Assembly (NCBI GenBank): GCA_903877945.1
Contig: CAIRFY010000323.1
Span: 1 to 41,614, forward strand
Direction: 5' to 3'
Length of the DNA stretch: 41,614 bases
Origin: an uncultured Oscillochloris sp.
GTDB taxonomy: Bacteria; Chloroflexota; Chloroflexia; Chloroflexales; Chloroflexaceae
Shown here: one piece after another, positions 20,030-31,017 of the stretch
Numbering within the stretch: the stretch's first letter is position 1
Layout: every line of letters starts with the position of its first letter
The notes under the pieces: model-generated
Told to the model about the DNA's origin: nothing
The model's input: the letters and a program-made list of their open reading frames with translations, nothing else
Database searches by the model: none
Program-made: the position numbers and the translations under genes

Positions 20030-20683
20030 ATGGATATGAGACGTGCGTTCAGCTACGTGTTCGACGACGATGAGTGGCTCACCGTCATATTACTTGGCGG
20101 CCTCATCCTGTTCGTGCCGATCCTCGGCCAGATTGTGCTGATCGGATTCCTCTGCGAGACGGCCCGCAATGTGGCGACGGGGAACAGCCGCCCCCTGCCC
20201 AAGTGGAATCATCTGGGCGAGACATTCCGCCTGGGACTGTCGGGCCTCCTGATCCAGCTCGTCTACGCCCTGCCGATCATTCTGCTCGCCTGTGTCTTTG
20301 GCTGCCTGCTGATTATCGGCACCGCGACGCTGCGCCAGTCATCGACCGTTGTCGGGAGCGTGATCATGCTGACCTTCCTCTGCATCCTGCCGCTGCTCTC
20401 CCTCGTGAGTCTGGTCGTCCAGCCCCTCACTCTGGGGGCGATGGTGCGCTACCTCCAGACCGGGAGCCTAGGTGCTGCGCTGCGCGTGGGCGCGGTGGCA
20501 GATCTGTTGCGCAGCGACATGGGCGGCTGGCTGCTGCTCTGGCTGCTCCAGATCCTCTGTGTGATGATCGGCAGTCTCGGCAGTGTCTTTTTTGGTATCG
20601 GCGCAGCCTTCACCAGCATCTATGCCACGGCGGTATTTGGCCACCTACTCGGACAGATGATGGCCCGCCCTACGCCGACGTGA
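20030..20683 (+). CDS. DUF4013-family membrane protein
   Basis: AFSYVFDDDEW, LPKWNHLGETFRLG, hydrophobic helices; RBS ggagg. Confidence 0.8.
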   Translation: MDMRRAFSYVFDDDEWLTVILLGGLILFVPILGQIVLIGFLCETARNVATGNSRPLPKWNHLGETFRLGLSGLLIQLVYALPIILLACVFGCLLIIGTATLRQSSTVVGSVIMLTFLCILPLLSLVSLVVQPLTLGAMVRYLQTGSLGAALRVGAVADLLRSDMGGWLLLWLLQILCVMIGSLGSVFFGIGAAFTSIYATAVFGHLLGQMMARPTPT

Positions 20684-20724
20684 TGCATGCGGATGCCCGC
20701 ATCACGCCGCAGAGAAGGATACCG

Positions 20725-21273
20725 ATGCAACGCACGAAGATGCACCCAAGGGAACTGCTCTACCCCTCAAACCTGCTCACGATCAGTCGGCTGCTGCTAC
20801 TGCCAGTCACCCTCATCTACCTGAACAGGCCGGAGCGGCGGCGGGCGGCGCTCGTGTGTCTGGTGGTAACGATGATCACCGATGCGGTGGACGGGCCGCT
20901 CGCCCGCTGGCGCGGCGAGGTTTCGCCGCTTGGCGAGTTCCTCGATCCGATTGCCGATAAGCTCGTCCTCGACTCAACGGCCCTGATGCTCTCGCGGACA
21001 CGCGGCTTCCCGTGGGCCGTCACCTGGCTCCTGATCTTCCGCGACGTGGGCATCGTACTGGCGGCGTTCGTAGTCTTCCGTCGCCGGGATAGCATCACCA
21101 GCGCCCAGTCGAGCGGCAAGCTCACCACAGTGACCCTCACAGCAGCGACGCTCTGCTACATCGCCGACGGGCCACGCAGCGGCAGACCAGCCCTCTGGCT
21201 GGCTATGATCCCGTTTGGACTCTCGTTCGTACAGTACGGGGCGCGCTTCCTGAGGCTGATGCGCGGGGCATAG
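20725..21273 (+). CDS. CDP-alcohol phosphatidyltransferase (PgsA-like)
   Basis: SNLLTISRL, TDAVDGPLAR...GEFLDPIADK signature; ATG 20725 after gaagga. Confidence 0.9.
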   Translation: MQRTKMHPRELLYPSNLLTISRLLLLPVTLIYLNRPERRRAALVCLVVTMITDAVDGPLARWRGEVSPLGEFLDPIADKLVLDSTALMLSRTRGFPWAVTWLLIFRDVGIVLAAFVVFRRRDSITSAQSSGKLTTVTLTAATLCYIADGPRSGRPALWLAMIPFGLSFVQYGARFLRLMRGA

Positions 21274-21285
21274 GGCCAATACTCT

Positions 21286-21394
21286 GCCCCCTCACCCCCT
21301 GCCCCTCTCCCTCACGGGGAGAGGGGAGATCCCGCAACAGGACGCATCCGACTCCCCCTCTCCCGTTCAGGGAGAGGGGGCTGGGGGGTGAGGG
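21286..21394. repeat. ~110-bp palindromic MITE/REP-like element, copy 2 (inverted relative to 3402-3512)
   Basis: Near-exact reverse complement of copy 1, including the central spacer. Confidence 0.85.
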
Positions 21395-21521
21395 TTGATC
21401 GGCCATCACGTGACTTTGACGTATTCCTCGCCTGTCAGGTGCTATAATATCTGGCCCTAGAGCAGTATGCCGCATGTATGACGTGGGTTGCTCTTCACTT
21501 CCCGCGTCTGTGGAATCGACC

Positions 21522-23210
21522 ATGACGATACCACCATCAGGAACTCAGAACCAAGTCAACGTCGTCCGTGACGGGTCTATGTCGCATCTTCGTGATCGGG
21601 TGCAGGAGCTTGAGGCAAGCTGGGATAGGTTGTGCGTGGGCGACTGGTCGTGGGATCATCTGGCTACCTTACACCGCCAAGCCCACAGCTTGGCGCAATT
21701 TGCGAGCTCCTTTGGCATCTCGACTGTGGGCACAACCGCGCAGCAGCTTGAGCAGGCGCTCGCACAGTTGGAGGCGAGCCATCTCGCGACCCTTACACCT
21801 GAGACACGTGCGCCTATCGATGCGCTGTTCACCAATCTGTCGGCGGTCGTCCATGCGAACGAGGATGAGACATACGTACGAACATTGTTTTACCCCTTGG
21901 CTGCGACCGGACGCGCTGAGCGTCAGATCGCCGTGCTGATTGTGGACGAGAGCGCCGCCGCGAATCACCTAGCGCTCCAGTTGGAGCACTTTGGCTATCA
22001 CGCCACCGTCGTATCGACGTTTGATGGTATTGAGGAGGCCATCCGTGCCAACCCACCGACCGCAATGGTGATGGACATTATGTTCTTTGAAGGCGACCTC
22101 ATCGGGTCACAGCGGATGGTGGAGACTACACGGGAGGCAGGCACTGTGCCGGTTATCTTCCTCTCGCAGCGCAATGACTTTGAGGCCCGGCTCTCGGCGG
22201 TGCGGGCGGGCGGCAAGGCATATCTGACCAAGCCGGTCGATATCGATGGCCTCGTGGGCGTGCTTGACACGCTCACGGGTGCTTTTGTCCCCGATCCATT
22301 CCGCGTGCTGATCGTTGATGACACACGTATGATGAGCATACTTTACGAGGCGATGCTCCGCGATGCTGGCATGCGTACGGTTGCACTGAATGATCCTACC
22401 CAGATCATCCATGTACTCAACGAGTTTCAGCCCGACCTCCTACTGCTCGATATGTACATGCCCACGTGTACCGGCACCGAGGTTGCCACACTGATCCGTC
22501 AGCAGGCTGCGTTTGTTAGTTTGCCCATCGTTTTTCTCTCTGGGGAGCACGACCGCGAGAACCAGCTCGCTGCCCTCAATCAGGGCGGCGATGATTTCCT
22601 GACCAAGCCGATCATGGCGGCGCAGTTGGTGTCGGCGGTGACAAGTCGGGCACGCCGAGCGCGGGCGATGCGCGCCCAGCTCAGCCAGGACGGGCTTACT
22701 GGCCTGCTTACCCATGCGTCGATCAAAGAACAGGTGGTGCGCGAGATCGTGCGGGCGCAGCGTTATGGCACGATCCTGACGGTCGTGATGATCGATATCG
22801 ATCACTTTAAGCGAATCAATGATAGCTATGGTCACGCGGCGGGAGACCGGGTGCTGAAGGGATTGGCTCGCTTGCTCCACCAGCGGCTGCGTACAAGCGA
22901 CAGTATCGGTCGTTACGGCGGCGAGGAGTTTCTGATTATCATGCCGCAGACCGACGGGCCGATGGTGTTCAGCGTGATTGATGATATCCGGGCGCGCTTC
23001 GCGACGATTGGACACCAGCTCAGTGATGGCGACAAGGAAACGACCGTAACCTTCAGCGGCGGGATCGCGAGCTTGCGCCCTATGGATGATAGTAACCACC
23101 TGCTTGAGGCGGCTGACACGGCTCTGTATGCAGCAAAGCACGCGGGGCGGAATCGCATTGTGCTATCGGAAGGACCCTGTGATGGCAACATCTCCTCCCC
23201 TCATCACTGA
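21522..23210 (+). CDS. Diguanylate cyclase, Hpt-REC-REC-GGDEF (start uncertain: 21474, 21522 or 21579)
   Basis: HRQAHSLA Hpt-like; two REC domains; [25 protein letters not shown]-site, RYGGEEF. Confidence 0.9.
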   Translation: MTIPPSGTQNQVNVVRDGSMSHLRDRVQELEASWDRLCVGDWSWDHLATLHRQAHSLAQFASSFGISTVGTTAQQLEQALAQLEASHLATLTPETRAPIDALFTNLSAVVHANEDETYVRTLFYPLAATGRAERQIAVLIVDESAAANHLALQLEHFGYHATVVSTFDGIEEAIRANPPTAMVMDIMFFEGDLIGSQRMVETTREAGTVPVIFLSQRNDFEARLSAVRAGGKAYLTKPVDIDGLVGVLDTLTGAFVPDPFRVLIVDDTRMMSILYEAMLRDAGMRTVALNDPTQIIHVLNEFQPDLLLLDMYMPTCTGTEVATLIRQQAAFVSLPIVFLSGEHDRENQLAALNQGGDDFLTKPIMAAQLVSAVTSRARRARAMRAQLSQDGLTGLLTHASIKEQVVREIVRAQRYGTILTVVMIDIDHFKRINDSYGHAAGDRVLKGLARLLHQRLRTSDSIGRYGGEEFLIIMPQTDGPMVFSVIDDIRARFATIGHQLSDGDKETTVTFSGGIASLRPMDDSNHLLEAADTALYAAKHAGRNRIVLSEGPCDGNISSPHH

Positions 23211-26200
23211 TGAGGCGGCGCGCCAGGCGGCGCTGGATCAGTACCAAATCCTTGATACTCCGCCCGAGGAGGCGTTCGACGAGATCGCTCGCCTGGCTGC
23301 CGAGATTTGTGGCACGCCGAGCGCGATGATCAGCCTTGTCGATACACAACGCCAGTGGTTCAAGGCACGAATTGGGGTCACTGCCGAGCAGACGCCGCGC
23401 GAGATCGCCTTCTGTGCCCACGGGGTTGCCTACCCCAGCGAGATGCTGGTGGTGCCCGACTCGTGGCTCGACCAGCGATTCAGCGACAACCCGCTTGTGA
23501 CCGATGATCCATACGTCCGTTTCTACGCCGGTACGCCGCTGATTACCCCGGAAGGTCACGCCATTGGGATGCTCTGTGTGACCGACAGCGTGCCGCACGA
23601 GATTAGTCCAATCCAGCGCCACGCACTCCAGGTTCTTGGCCATCAGGTGATGACGCAGATGGAACTGCGCCGCCAGATCCACGGGCTAGAGCAGGCGATG
23701 ATGGCCCGCACCGCCAGCGAGCGTGAGACCCTGCTGCTGAACCGGGTGATCGCTGCTGCTGCCGCCGCCCAGGATATGACCACGGTATTCGATGTGGTCT
23801 GCTATGAACTGGCCCAGGCATTCGATGTGCCCCAGGCGACATGTGCCCTGCTTGATGGGGACGGGAACTATCTGACGGTGGTGAGCGAGTACTGCGCGCC
23901 GGATCGGCCCTCGGGCATCGGGGCGGTGATCCCGGTGGCAGGCAACCCGCTGATCGAGGTGGCGTTTGTCACCCACGCGCCTGTCCAGATCGGCGATGTC
24001 CACGCCGATGCCCGCGCCACCGTCGCCGCCGAGCTGTATGCGCTGCGCGGCACAGCGGCCATTCTGCTGGTGCCGCTGCTTATTCGTGAAGAGATCGTCG
24101 GCACCATCGGCATCGACTCGTTTGTCCCACGGATCTTCACGATAGAAGATGTATCGCTGGCTCAGGCGGTGGCGTGGTCGGTCGGCCAGGCTCTCGCCAA
24201 CATCCAGCTCACTACGGCGCTTCAACAGGAACTGGCCGAGCGTTCGCGTACTGAGGCGGCCCTACGCGATAGCACGGAGGCGGCGGAGGCGGCCACCCGC
24301 GCCAAGTCTGATTTCTTGGCCACCATGAGCCACGAGATCCGCACACCGATGAATGCGGTGATCGGTATGACGGGGCTGTTGCTCGACACCCCGCTTGGCC
24401 CCGAGCAGCGTGAGTACGTCGAGACGATCCGCAATAGTAGCGATGCGCTGCTGTCGATCATCAACGACATCCTGGACTTCTCGAAGATTGAGTCAGGGAA
24501 GTTCGAGCTTGAGCAACAGCCCTTCGACCTGCGCGACTGCATGGAAGCAGCCATGGATCTGGTCGCGGTGCGTGCATCCGAGAAGCGGCTCGATCTGGCC
24601 TACATGATCGCGCAGACGGTGCCCCAAGCGCTGCGGGGCGATATGACCCGAGTTCGTCAGGTGCTGGTGAACCTGCTCACAAACGCGGTCAAATTCACCC
24701 CCGCCGGCGAGGTTGTCGTGATGATCGAAGCCAAGCGAGTCATCGACGAGCAGTACGAGATCCATATCGCTGTGCGCGACACCGGAATCGGTATTCCCGC
24801 CGACCGTATGGATCGGCTCTTCCAGGCATTCAGCCAGGTGGACGCATCGACCACACGCCAGTACGGTGGCACCGGGCTCGGTCTGGCCATCTGCTGGCGG
24901 CTCTGCGCGATGATGGGCGGGCGCATGTGGGTGGAGAGCCAGGTAGGCGTGGGCACCACCTTTCACTTCACCATCGTTGCACCAGTCGCATCAATGCCCC
25001 CACGGATCGACCAGCGCGGGGCCGTGCCGGAGTTGGTAGGGAAACGCCTGCTGGTGGTGGATGATAACGAGACAAACCGGCGCATCCTGACACTCCAGGC
25101 CGAGGCGTGGGGGATGCAGGTGCGGGCCAGTGTCTCGGGGGCCGAAGCTCTGAGTTGGCTCGCCCAGGGTGCCGAGTTCGATGTGGCGATCCTCGATATG
25201 CAGATGCCGGAAATGGATGGTGTACAGCTTGCTGATGCGATCCGCGCCCGCCATGATCCGACGAACACGCTGCCACTGATGCTGCTCACCTCGCTTGGGC
25301 GGCGGGCGGAGGATATGGCCCACGGTCGTTTCACCACCAGCCTGACCAAGCCCGTCAAGGCGGCCCAGCTCTACGAGACGATGCTGACCATGCTTGGCAA
25401 GACGGAGGTTCCCCAACCTGTGCTCCCCCGCCGTACAACCTACGATGCGACGATGGCGGCGCGGCTCCCCTTGCGCATTCTGCTTGCGGAAGACAACGTG
25501 GTGAACCAGAAGGTCGCCACCAAAACCTTGGCCAAACTGGGCTATCGGGCCGACATGGCGGCCAACGGATTCGAGGTACTCGACGCCCTCGCCCGCCAGC
25601 CCTACGATGTGGTGCTGATGGACGTGCAGATGCCCGAACTGGACGGGCTAGAGGCAACGCGACGTATCCGCAGCGATGTGCCGTCGTCCCGGCAGCCGCG
25701 CATTATCGCGATGACGGCCAATGCCATGCAGAGCGACCGGGAGCAGTGCATGGCGGTGGGGATGGACGACTACCTCAGCAAGCCGGTCCGGATTGAGGAA
25801 CTCGTGTCTGCCCTTGAGCGCGGCTCGGCATCGGCGCTCGCGCCACATGAAGCCGCGTCGATGATGACAGGTGCCATCGACTCGGCCATGCTTGAGCGCT
25901 TCCATGCCAGCCTTGGCGATGGGAGTCCGAGCATTGTCATTGAGATCATCGATATGTTTTTGGAAGACCTACCGATCCAGATCGGATCGCTGCTCCAGAG
26001 CGCAGCAGGCGAAGCGGCCCCCATCATCCAGCGGGTCGCCCACACGATCAAATCAAGCGCGGCGACCATTGGCGCACGCGGACTGGCCAAGCAGTGCGAG
26101 GAGCTTGAGTCCCTGGCCCGCCTGGGCGACATCCGCGAGGCGAGGGCGCGCATCTACGAGATCGAGCAGGCGTGTAGCGATGTCACGGCGGATCTGAAGA

Positions 26201-26223
26201 TCATGCGCCAGCGGTTTAACTAG
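23182..26223 (+). CDS. Cytoplasmic hybrid histidine kinase GAF-GAF-HisKA-HATPase-REC-REC-Hpt
   Basis: [14 protein letters not shown]; [10 protein letters not shown]; NAVKFT; GGTGLGLAI; two REC domains; AHTIKSSA Hpt. Overlaps the DGC 3' end. Confidence 0.93.
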   Translation: MATSPPLITDEAARQAALDQYQILDTPPEEAFDEIARLAAEICGTPSAMISLVDTQRQWFKARIGVTAEQTPREIAFCAHGVAYPSEMLVVPDSWLDQRFSDNPLVTDDPYVRFYAGTPLITPEGHAIGMLCVTDSVPHEISPIQRHALQVLGHQVMTQMELRRQIHGLEQAMMARTASERETLLLNRVIAAAAAAQDMTTVFDVVCYELAQAFDVPQATCALLDGDGNYLTVVSEYCAPDRPSGIGAVIPVAGNPLIEVAFVTHAPVQIGDVHADARATVAAELYALRGTAAILLVPLLIREEIVGTIGIDSFVPRIFTIEDVSLAQAVAWSVGQALANIQLTTALQQELAERSRTEAALRDSTEAAEAATRAKSDFLATMSHEIRTPMNAVIGMTGLLLDTPLGPEQREYVETIRNSSDALLSIINDILDFSKIESGKFELEQQPFDLRDCMEAAMDLVAVRASEKRLDLAYMIAQTVPQALRGDMTRVRQVLVNLLTNAVKFTPAGEVVVMIEAKRVIDEQYEIHIAVRDTGIGIPADRMDRLFQAFSQVDASTTRQYGGTGLGLAICWRLCAMMGGRMWVESQVGVGTTFHFTIVAPVASMPPRIDQRGAVPELVGKRLLVVDDNETNRRILTLQAEAWGMQVRASVSGAEALSWLAQGAEFDVAILDMQMPEMDGVQLADAIRARHDPTNTLPLMLLTSLGRRAEDMAHGRFTTSLTKPVKAAQLYETMLTMLGKTEVPQPVLPRRTTYDATMAARLPLRILLAEDNVVNQKVATKTLAKLGYRADMAANGFEVLDALARQPYDVVLMDVQMPELDGLEATRRIRSDVPSSRQPRIIAMTANAMQSDREQCMAVGMDDYLSKPVRIEELVSALERGSASALAPHEAASMMTGAIDSAMLERFHASLGDGSPSIVIEIIDMFLEDLPIQIGSLLQSAAGEAAPIIQRVAHTIKSSAATIGARGLAKQCEELESLARLGDIREARARIYEIEQACSDVTADLKIMRQRFN

Positions 26224-26249
26224 GCCGCTTATTCACAACGTACTGCCCG

Positions 26250-26303
26250 AAAACAAAAGAGGCGTCTGAGTCAACGGGCCTTGCGGCTCAACTCAGACGC
26301 CTC
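26250..26303 (-). terminator. Intrinsic terminator after tRNA-Ser(GCT); possibly bidirectional
   Basis: 13-bp stem gaggcgtctgagt/actcagacgcctc followed on the minus strand by ttttgtttt. Confidence 0.7.
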
Positions 26304-26315
26304 CTTATGTAGATC

Positions 26316-26405
26316 TGGCGGGGAGGGAGAGATTCGAACTCTCGTTAGGATTGCTCCTAAAGCGGTTTAGCAAACCGCCGCACTAGGCCACTATGCGACC
26401 TCCCC
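26316..26405 (-). tRNA. tRNA-Ser(GCT)
   Basis: Acceptor ggggagg/cctcccc-G-CCA; anticodon arm gcggt-ttGCTaa-accgc; long variable arm; TTCGAAT. Confidence 0.95.
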
Positions 26406-26423
26406 GTATGACTGACTGGCGGG

Positions 26424-26452
26424 ATTGTACCACAGCCTCGCCGATTTGCCAA
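26424..26452 (-). promoter_or_regulatory. sigma70-like promoter for tRNA-Ser(GCT)
   Basis: TTGGCA-17 nt-TACAAT with TG extension. Confidence 0.7.
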
Positions 26453-26466
26453 CTGACAGGACTGAG

Positions 26467-26560
26467 TGGAGGGGGCGGTGGGATTCGAACCCACGAGACG
26501 TATCACTACGTCTTGCGCTTTTCAAGAACGCCACGATCAGCCGTGCTCCGTCACGCCCCC
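26467..26560 (-). tRNA. tRNA-Ser(TGA)
   Basis: Acceptor gggggcg/cgccccc-T-CCA; anticodon arm gcgtt-ctTGAaa-agcgc; long variable arm; TTCGAAT. Confidence 0.9.
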
Positions 26561-26657
26561 GTATGTCAACCTATCTCGACAACCCTTGAGGTTTTATTTG
26601 ACTCCTATGACGCGAATTTCCACACGTGTTACACGTGCAGTTGGGGGTAGGAATCAC

Positions 26658-26689
26658 ACAGGCGTCTCCACGAAAGCGGATACGCCTGT
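26658..26689. terminator. Hairpin downstream of tRNA-Trp (possible terminator or leader structure)
   Basis: acaggcgt...acgcctgt stem; no clear U-tract. Confidence 0.35.
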
Positions 26690-26718
26690 ATTGTATACTA
26701 CACGATCACTCGTGTCAA
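26690..26718 (-). promoter_or_regulatory. sigma70-like promoter upstream of tRNA-Ser(TGA)
   Basis: TTGACA-17 nt-TACAAT. Confidence 0.7.
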
Positions 26719-26721
26719 TAA

Positions 26722-26798
26722 TGGCAGGCGGGACAGGAATCGAACCTGCAACCTGCGGATTTGGAGGCCGCTGCTCTGCCTAATTGAGCTACCCGCCT
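26722..26798 (-). tRNA. tRNA-Trp(CCA)
   Basis: Acceptor aggcggg/cccgcct-G-CCA; anticodon loop ctCCAaa; TTCGATT. Confidence 0.93.
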
Positions 26799-26810
26799 TC
26801 ACACGCGCAG

Positions 26811-26839
26811 ATGATACCATACCCGCGCAGCCTTTGCAA
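26811..26839 (-). promoter_or_regulatory. sigma70-like promoter for tRNA-Trp
   Basis: TTGCAA-17 nt-TATCAT with TG extension. Confidence 0.7.
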
Positions 26840-26899
26840 CCGACGTTGCCCTGTTGGGATGAACGCGAGTTGCTTCATGACCTGCTCCTTCCCACAAGG

Positions 26900-29800
26900 C
26901 TACTGGTTCGATTGACGTTTCCTGGCTTGTTCCTCGCGCAGCTGGCGCATGCGCTCGGCTGAGGAGATCCGGGGTGGCTGATCCGCAGGCGTGGAGATTG
27001 TATCGGTACTGCGGGGTGCCTCAGGCTCTGGTGCAGGAGTGGGGATCTCACCAGCCATATTCTGGCTTGCGCTAGGAGTCTTGGGCTTTCCTTTCCCTTT
27101 AGGCGCACCTGGTTCACTCTGCTTCGCCCGTGGGGTCGTAGGTTTGGCTTTCGTTTTTTGAGAAGCCTGTAGGGTCGATGCTGGCGCTCCACTAGCATCG
27201 GTCGTGCTGATGGGTGTCTCGGTTCGCGGAGGCTGCTGGTCGGCACCAGCAGCCTGCTCAGTGCTGGTACCACCTGTCGCCAGGTCAGCAGCCACATTCG
27301 CAGAAGTATCCTGAGATTCACCTGGTATAGAAGCATTCTCAGCAGGCGCAGGCTGCCGTTCGCCTTGAGTTGGAATGGCACCAGATCCTGGCGCTGAGGG
27401 CTGCTCAGGTGAAGAAGCGGGCGGAGGGAGAATTGCCTGACCATGCTGGAATGTAGGCACGCCGCCTAACTTCTCGTCCAGCAGCTTGAGAAACGCATCG
27501 ACGCGCTTCTGAAGCTCGTCGCGCTTGGCATTCTCGGCAGCCTTCACATACGCAAACCGCTTTTTCGGACTGATACGCTGCTCAGAAACGGGAAAGACAT
27601 ACTCCCATGTGACACCATCAAAGCAGGCGAGTACGAGGCGCCCTTCGGAAGTATGGATAATACAGATGGGGACGGGAAGCTCGTTACCAGCCGCATTGCT
27701 CCAGCGGATATAGTCGGCCTCGCTGGCGATGTGCAGTTTATAGTACACCTTCTTGTAGAGGATGCCCAGATCGCTGATCGTTGCCAGGGCCCAATCGTCC
27801 GCAGATGCAAGAAGTGCCAGTCGCTCGGGCGGTATAGAAATGGTCTTGACGCGCGGATGCTCACTGTAGACCTGGGCACGCGGCTTCCCATTGGCAAGAA
27901 CTTTGTTGTTCCAATCCTTGACGTACTTATCGACTTCTAACACTGCATCGCTGAAGTCGAGCAACTCATCCTTGTTCTGCGCAGCCGTCAGCGCCGACCA
28001 ACCCTCGTCCTCGATGTAGAATCCCGGTATACCGACGCTGAAGAGACCGTCAATGACGAAGACACCGCGTGACACGCGCCGACCGTTGCTGGGCAGAGCT
28101 CGATAAGGAAGCTCATTTCCCGGCGAGCAGCGGAAGAACGAACTGCGGTACGCAACGTCACCGACGTTAACCCCATCGCGAATGGTCGTTGCAACACCGG
28201 CATGAGGAAGCAGCCAACCGGCCGCAGGGAGGGTAGAGCCAGGCATCGTGACATGGTTAGAGCGAATAGCAGGTGGGATTGGGCCTATTTGATGATGTGG
28301 GAAGCAGCCAGCACTCTTCTCTGGATGCTGCTGATTCCACAGCTCGATAGAGCTCAGCCACTTCATCAGGGCATCTTGAGCCTGGGGAACCGTTCCTGTG
28401 TCGTGGCCTATGCGCGTCCGCAGTATCTGGGCGCCGTAGAGCCGTAGGTACTGGACAACATCGAGTTCCTCCCAGCGTATTTCGTCGCGGCCGATCTCGA
28501 TCTCAGTGGCAAAGAAAGCGGCCGCCTGGCGCATGCTCGTCAGGTCGTTCTTCGCAAGTGTCCGAGGAACCTGAAGGGTTGCAGGCGTGCCATGTAACGG
28601 GAAATCGAGCGCGTAGGGATGCCAGATCGCATAGAACAGCGCCATTCCGAGATCCTCGGCGTTGATCTCCTCTCCCCCTACGCACCAGCACCCCATCGGA
28701 CATTGCGAAGCCCGATCGAAGACCAGTATGACGGTAAGGATATCGGCGATCTTTCGCCTGCGGCCGTCGATGATGGTGATGCCTGGAACTCGCACGGTAT
28801 AGAATGTCCACTCGCCGTGGAGCATCGGCACGCCCTGCATAACCAGTGTCTGGCGATGGCGCACCATCGCGGTCGCACGGCCTTCGCCATCGTGCCAGAG
28901 GCCGGGGAGGTGGAGCAGGCGGCTTAGGGCGCCGCTGACCTGGGCAGAGAGCGTCGGCAGGCCGTACGGAGCCCAGCAGGCATTGATCCGATCCGCGATT
29001 TGCTGCCAGCTGAGCCGGCCTTCGAGCGGGCCGAGCCTGAGCAGGTAGAAGTGCTCACGGAGCCGCTCGTCAATAACCTCTTCCCAATCCTGGCGTCGAT
29101 AAAACCCCAGCGCACCAGCGAAGGTGGCTTCGCGAAAGCGCTTTGTGGCATCGTCCTCGGAGATATCCGCGATCTTGGCCGCGCTCTTGATTACTGGCCC
29201 GACAAAGAGCGGTGGCGCGTTCTGGAGCGGTGCCTTTCGGCTCTTGGGAGTTGCTGTCTCAGAAACGGAACCGTCATCAGGCGGAGCGGGCTCATCTTTG
29301 TAGCGTAGGCGATTGCGGAGCTTGCGCCGTTCAATGTGCTCAGGGTGCTCATTGAGTATCACGGTGAGCGGGATATCGACGGCAAGCTCCCGGCTGGCAA
29401 TGTGGAACGCGCGAACGATGCGCTCGATCTCACGGCGTCCGTTAGGCACAACGACGCCGAGATCTCGGTCGAGGATGGCCCGATACTCGGTCAAAATCTG
29501 ATCAGTGATTGGGATGGCCTTCAGCCGTGCCGCGAGTCCATCAGCTCCGGAGTCGATGAGGGTGGTGAGCAGCGTCATGGCCTGCTCTGAGTTACCCTCC
29601 TGCAGCTGCGCGAGCAACGCTGCCGCAACGCCAAGCCGCTCAGCACCCGTTCGTTGGCGATAGGCGTTACGCTCCGAGTGGCCGACTGGCAGGGAGAGCA
29701 GATTCTCGTTCCATGCACCGACACTCGTCAGCGACCGCTGAAGAGCAATGACTTGGCTCCGGAGAGTCGCCATCAGGCTATCTGCGTCATCACTACCCTT

Positions 29801-30502
29801 CGTCAGCACGCTGCGTCGCTGCTCAAGATGGAGCACCGCCGTAGCGAACGGGCTTGGCGAGTCACGCAGCAGCCAGATCGGCTCTTCATCGAGGTAGCGA
29901 AGAAGCATCCGGCGGGCACGCTCAATCGCCCGGTCGCGTAGGCGATCTTCCTGAAGCTCGTACGCCACGTTCCCATCTGTTCGTAGATCTTGCCCGCACC
30001 CACGCTCAACGAGCTGTGCCACGCGCTGAGCCAGGAGATCTTTCCGCGCAGCCGGCTCGTCACGATACACACCACGGGATACAAGCTGGCGCACATGAAC
30101 ATCAGCCAAGGGGATCGCGGCGAACGTCTCCGCGATAGCGGAGACAACTTCATCGCGTACGTCGTGAGCAGATTCCAGGTTGAGCCGCGTAAGCCGAGGG
30201 GAGAAGTATCCACGACTAATGCACAGGTGAAGGGCATCCCGATGCACTTCTGTCGTCAGATTGAGGTGCTCGGCAAGCTGGTAGAGGCGCGCTCGCCAGG
30301 TCTCGCGGTCTTCGCTTGCTCGCAGGGATCTGGCCGGGGTTGCACACGCACGCAGTATGGCTGGCAAGCTCTCTCGCTCAGGCGATGAAGCATTCGTCTC
30401 GCCGAACCACAGCGCGAGATACTGCTTGAAGGAGCCAACGAGCGTGCCGACAAAAAGCTGATCAGCTGGATCAAGACCACTGAGAGGCGTAGCAGCATGC
30501 AT
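26900..30502 (-). CDS. 1200-aa protein with a central degenerate TnsB/Mu-transposase-like region and a disordered C-terminus
   Basis: HTH-like AAKIADISED..., EHFYL...SWQQIADRIN...GLPTLS; integrase-core-like LTVILVFDRASQCPMG, LHGTPATLQV; Mu-C-like TIRDGVNVGDVAYRS. Confidence 0.55.
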   Translation of the reverse strand: MHAATPLSGLDPADQLFVGTLVGSFKQYLALWFGETNASSPERESLPAILRACATPARSLRASEDRETWRARLYQLAEHLNLTTEVHRDALHLCISRGYFSPRLTRLNLESAHDVRDEVVSAIAETFAAIPLADVHVRQLVSRGVYRDEPAARKDLLAQRVAQLVERGCGQDLRTDGNVAYELQEDRLRDRAIERARRMLLRYLDEEPIWLLRDSPSPFATAVLHLEQRRSVLTKGSDDADSLMATLRSQVIALQRSLTSVGAWNENLLSLPVGHSERNAYRQRTGAERLGVAAALLAQLQEGNSEQAMTLLTTLIDSGADGLAARLKAIPITDQILTEYRAILDRDLGVVVPNGRREIERIVRAFHIASRELAVDIPLTVILNEHPEHIERRKLRNRLRYKDEPAPPDDGSVSETATPKSRKAPLQNAPPLFVGPVIKSAAKIADISEDDATKRFREATFAGALGFYRRQDWEEVIDERLREHFYLLRLGPLEGRLSWQQIADRINACWAPYGLPTLSAQVSGALSRLLHLPGLWHDGEGRATAMVRHRQTLVMQGVPMLHGEWTFYTVRVPGITIIDGRRRKIADILTVILVFDRASQCPMGCWCVGGEEINAEDLGMALFYAIWHPYALDFPLHGTPATLQVPRTLAKNDLTSMRQAAAFFATEIEIGRDEIRWEELDVVQYLRLYGAQILRTRIGHDTGTVPQAQDALMKWLSSIELWNQQHPEKSAGCFPHHQIGPIPPAIRSNHVTMPGSTLPAAGWLLPHAGVATTIRDGVNVGDVAYRSSFFRCSPGNELPYRALPSNGRRVSRGVFVIDGLFSVGIPGFYIEDEGWSALTAAQNKDELLDFSDAVLEVDKYVKDWNNKVLANGKPRAQVYSEHPRVKTISIPPERLALLASADDWALATISDLGILYKKVYYKLHIASEADYIRWSNAAGNELPVPICIIHTSEGRLVLACFDGVTWEYVFPVSEQRISPKKRFAYVKAAENAKRDELQKRVDAFLKLLDEKLGGVPTFQHGQAILPPPASSPEQPSAPGSGAIPTQGERQPAPAENASIPGESQDTSANVAADLATGGTSTEQAAGADQQPPRTETPISTTDASGAPASTLQASQKTKAKPTTPRAKQSEPGAPKGKGKPKTPSASQNMAGEIPTPAPEPEAPRSTDTISTPADQPPRISSAERMRQLREEQARKRQSNQ

Positions 30503-31017
30503 CGATACACCTGTGTCTATACGTTTCCTACTGCTGATGTGCGTATAGTAGCATGGGTTTTCGGGTTTTGCTATAGCTCACGCATAGCCAATTCACGTGT
30601 GGCGAGGGAATACGCTCTATAGAGACGGATCGAGTGTGGCCGTATTGAGGCATCCGAGAACGCCCGTCTCTCTGGTCACACGATCACCCAGCGATGCTGA
30701 ACGGTGATCTAGAAAAGGGCGCGTAGAGGGTATGCAATGTCCCATGCGTAATGCTATACTATCGCCAGCATGCACAAAACCCACCCCGCCGGGAAGCTAG
30801 AGTGGACTCTGTGACAATCTATCGTGCTGCGTCTGCCATTGTAGCATCCCCTTCGGCCCCCCGCAAGGTGCTTCATAGTCCAGCGTAGTGCATTGTGCGT
30901 ATGCGGATCTGGCTTGTGTACAGCATCGCCCTGCTAGGTTCACGCTTCACCGGATTTCATCCTGCCGGGCCGCCAGCCATGCCATGAGTGTGTCTGGCTG
31001 CTCATTGGGTAGACGCT

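Noticed and set aside
20074-20724. N-terminal extension of the 399-aa ORF
   Set aside because: Overlaps the DUF4013 gene out of frame; phosphatidyltransferase similarity begins near ATG 20725.
26467-26560. tRNA-Sec or opal suppressor
   Set aside because: On the coding strand the anticodon is TGA (Ser), not TCA, and the acceptor stem is 7 bp.
26316-26798. tRNA attachment site of an integrative element
   Set aside because: No integrase, and I saw no duplicated tRNA 3' end in the window; the island lies on the 5' side of the tRNAs.
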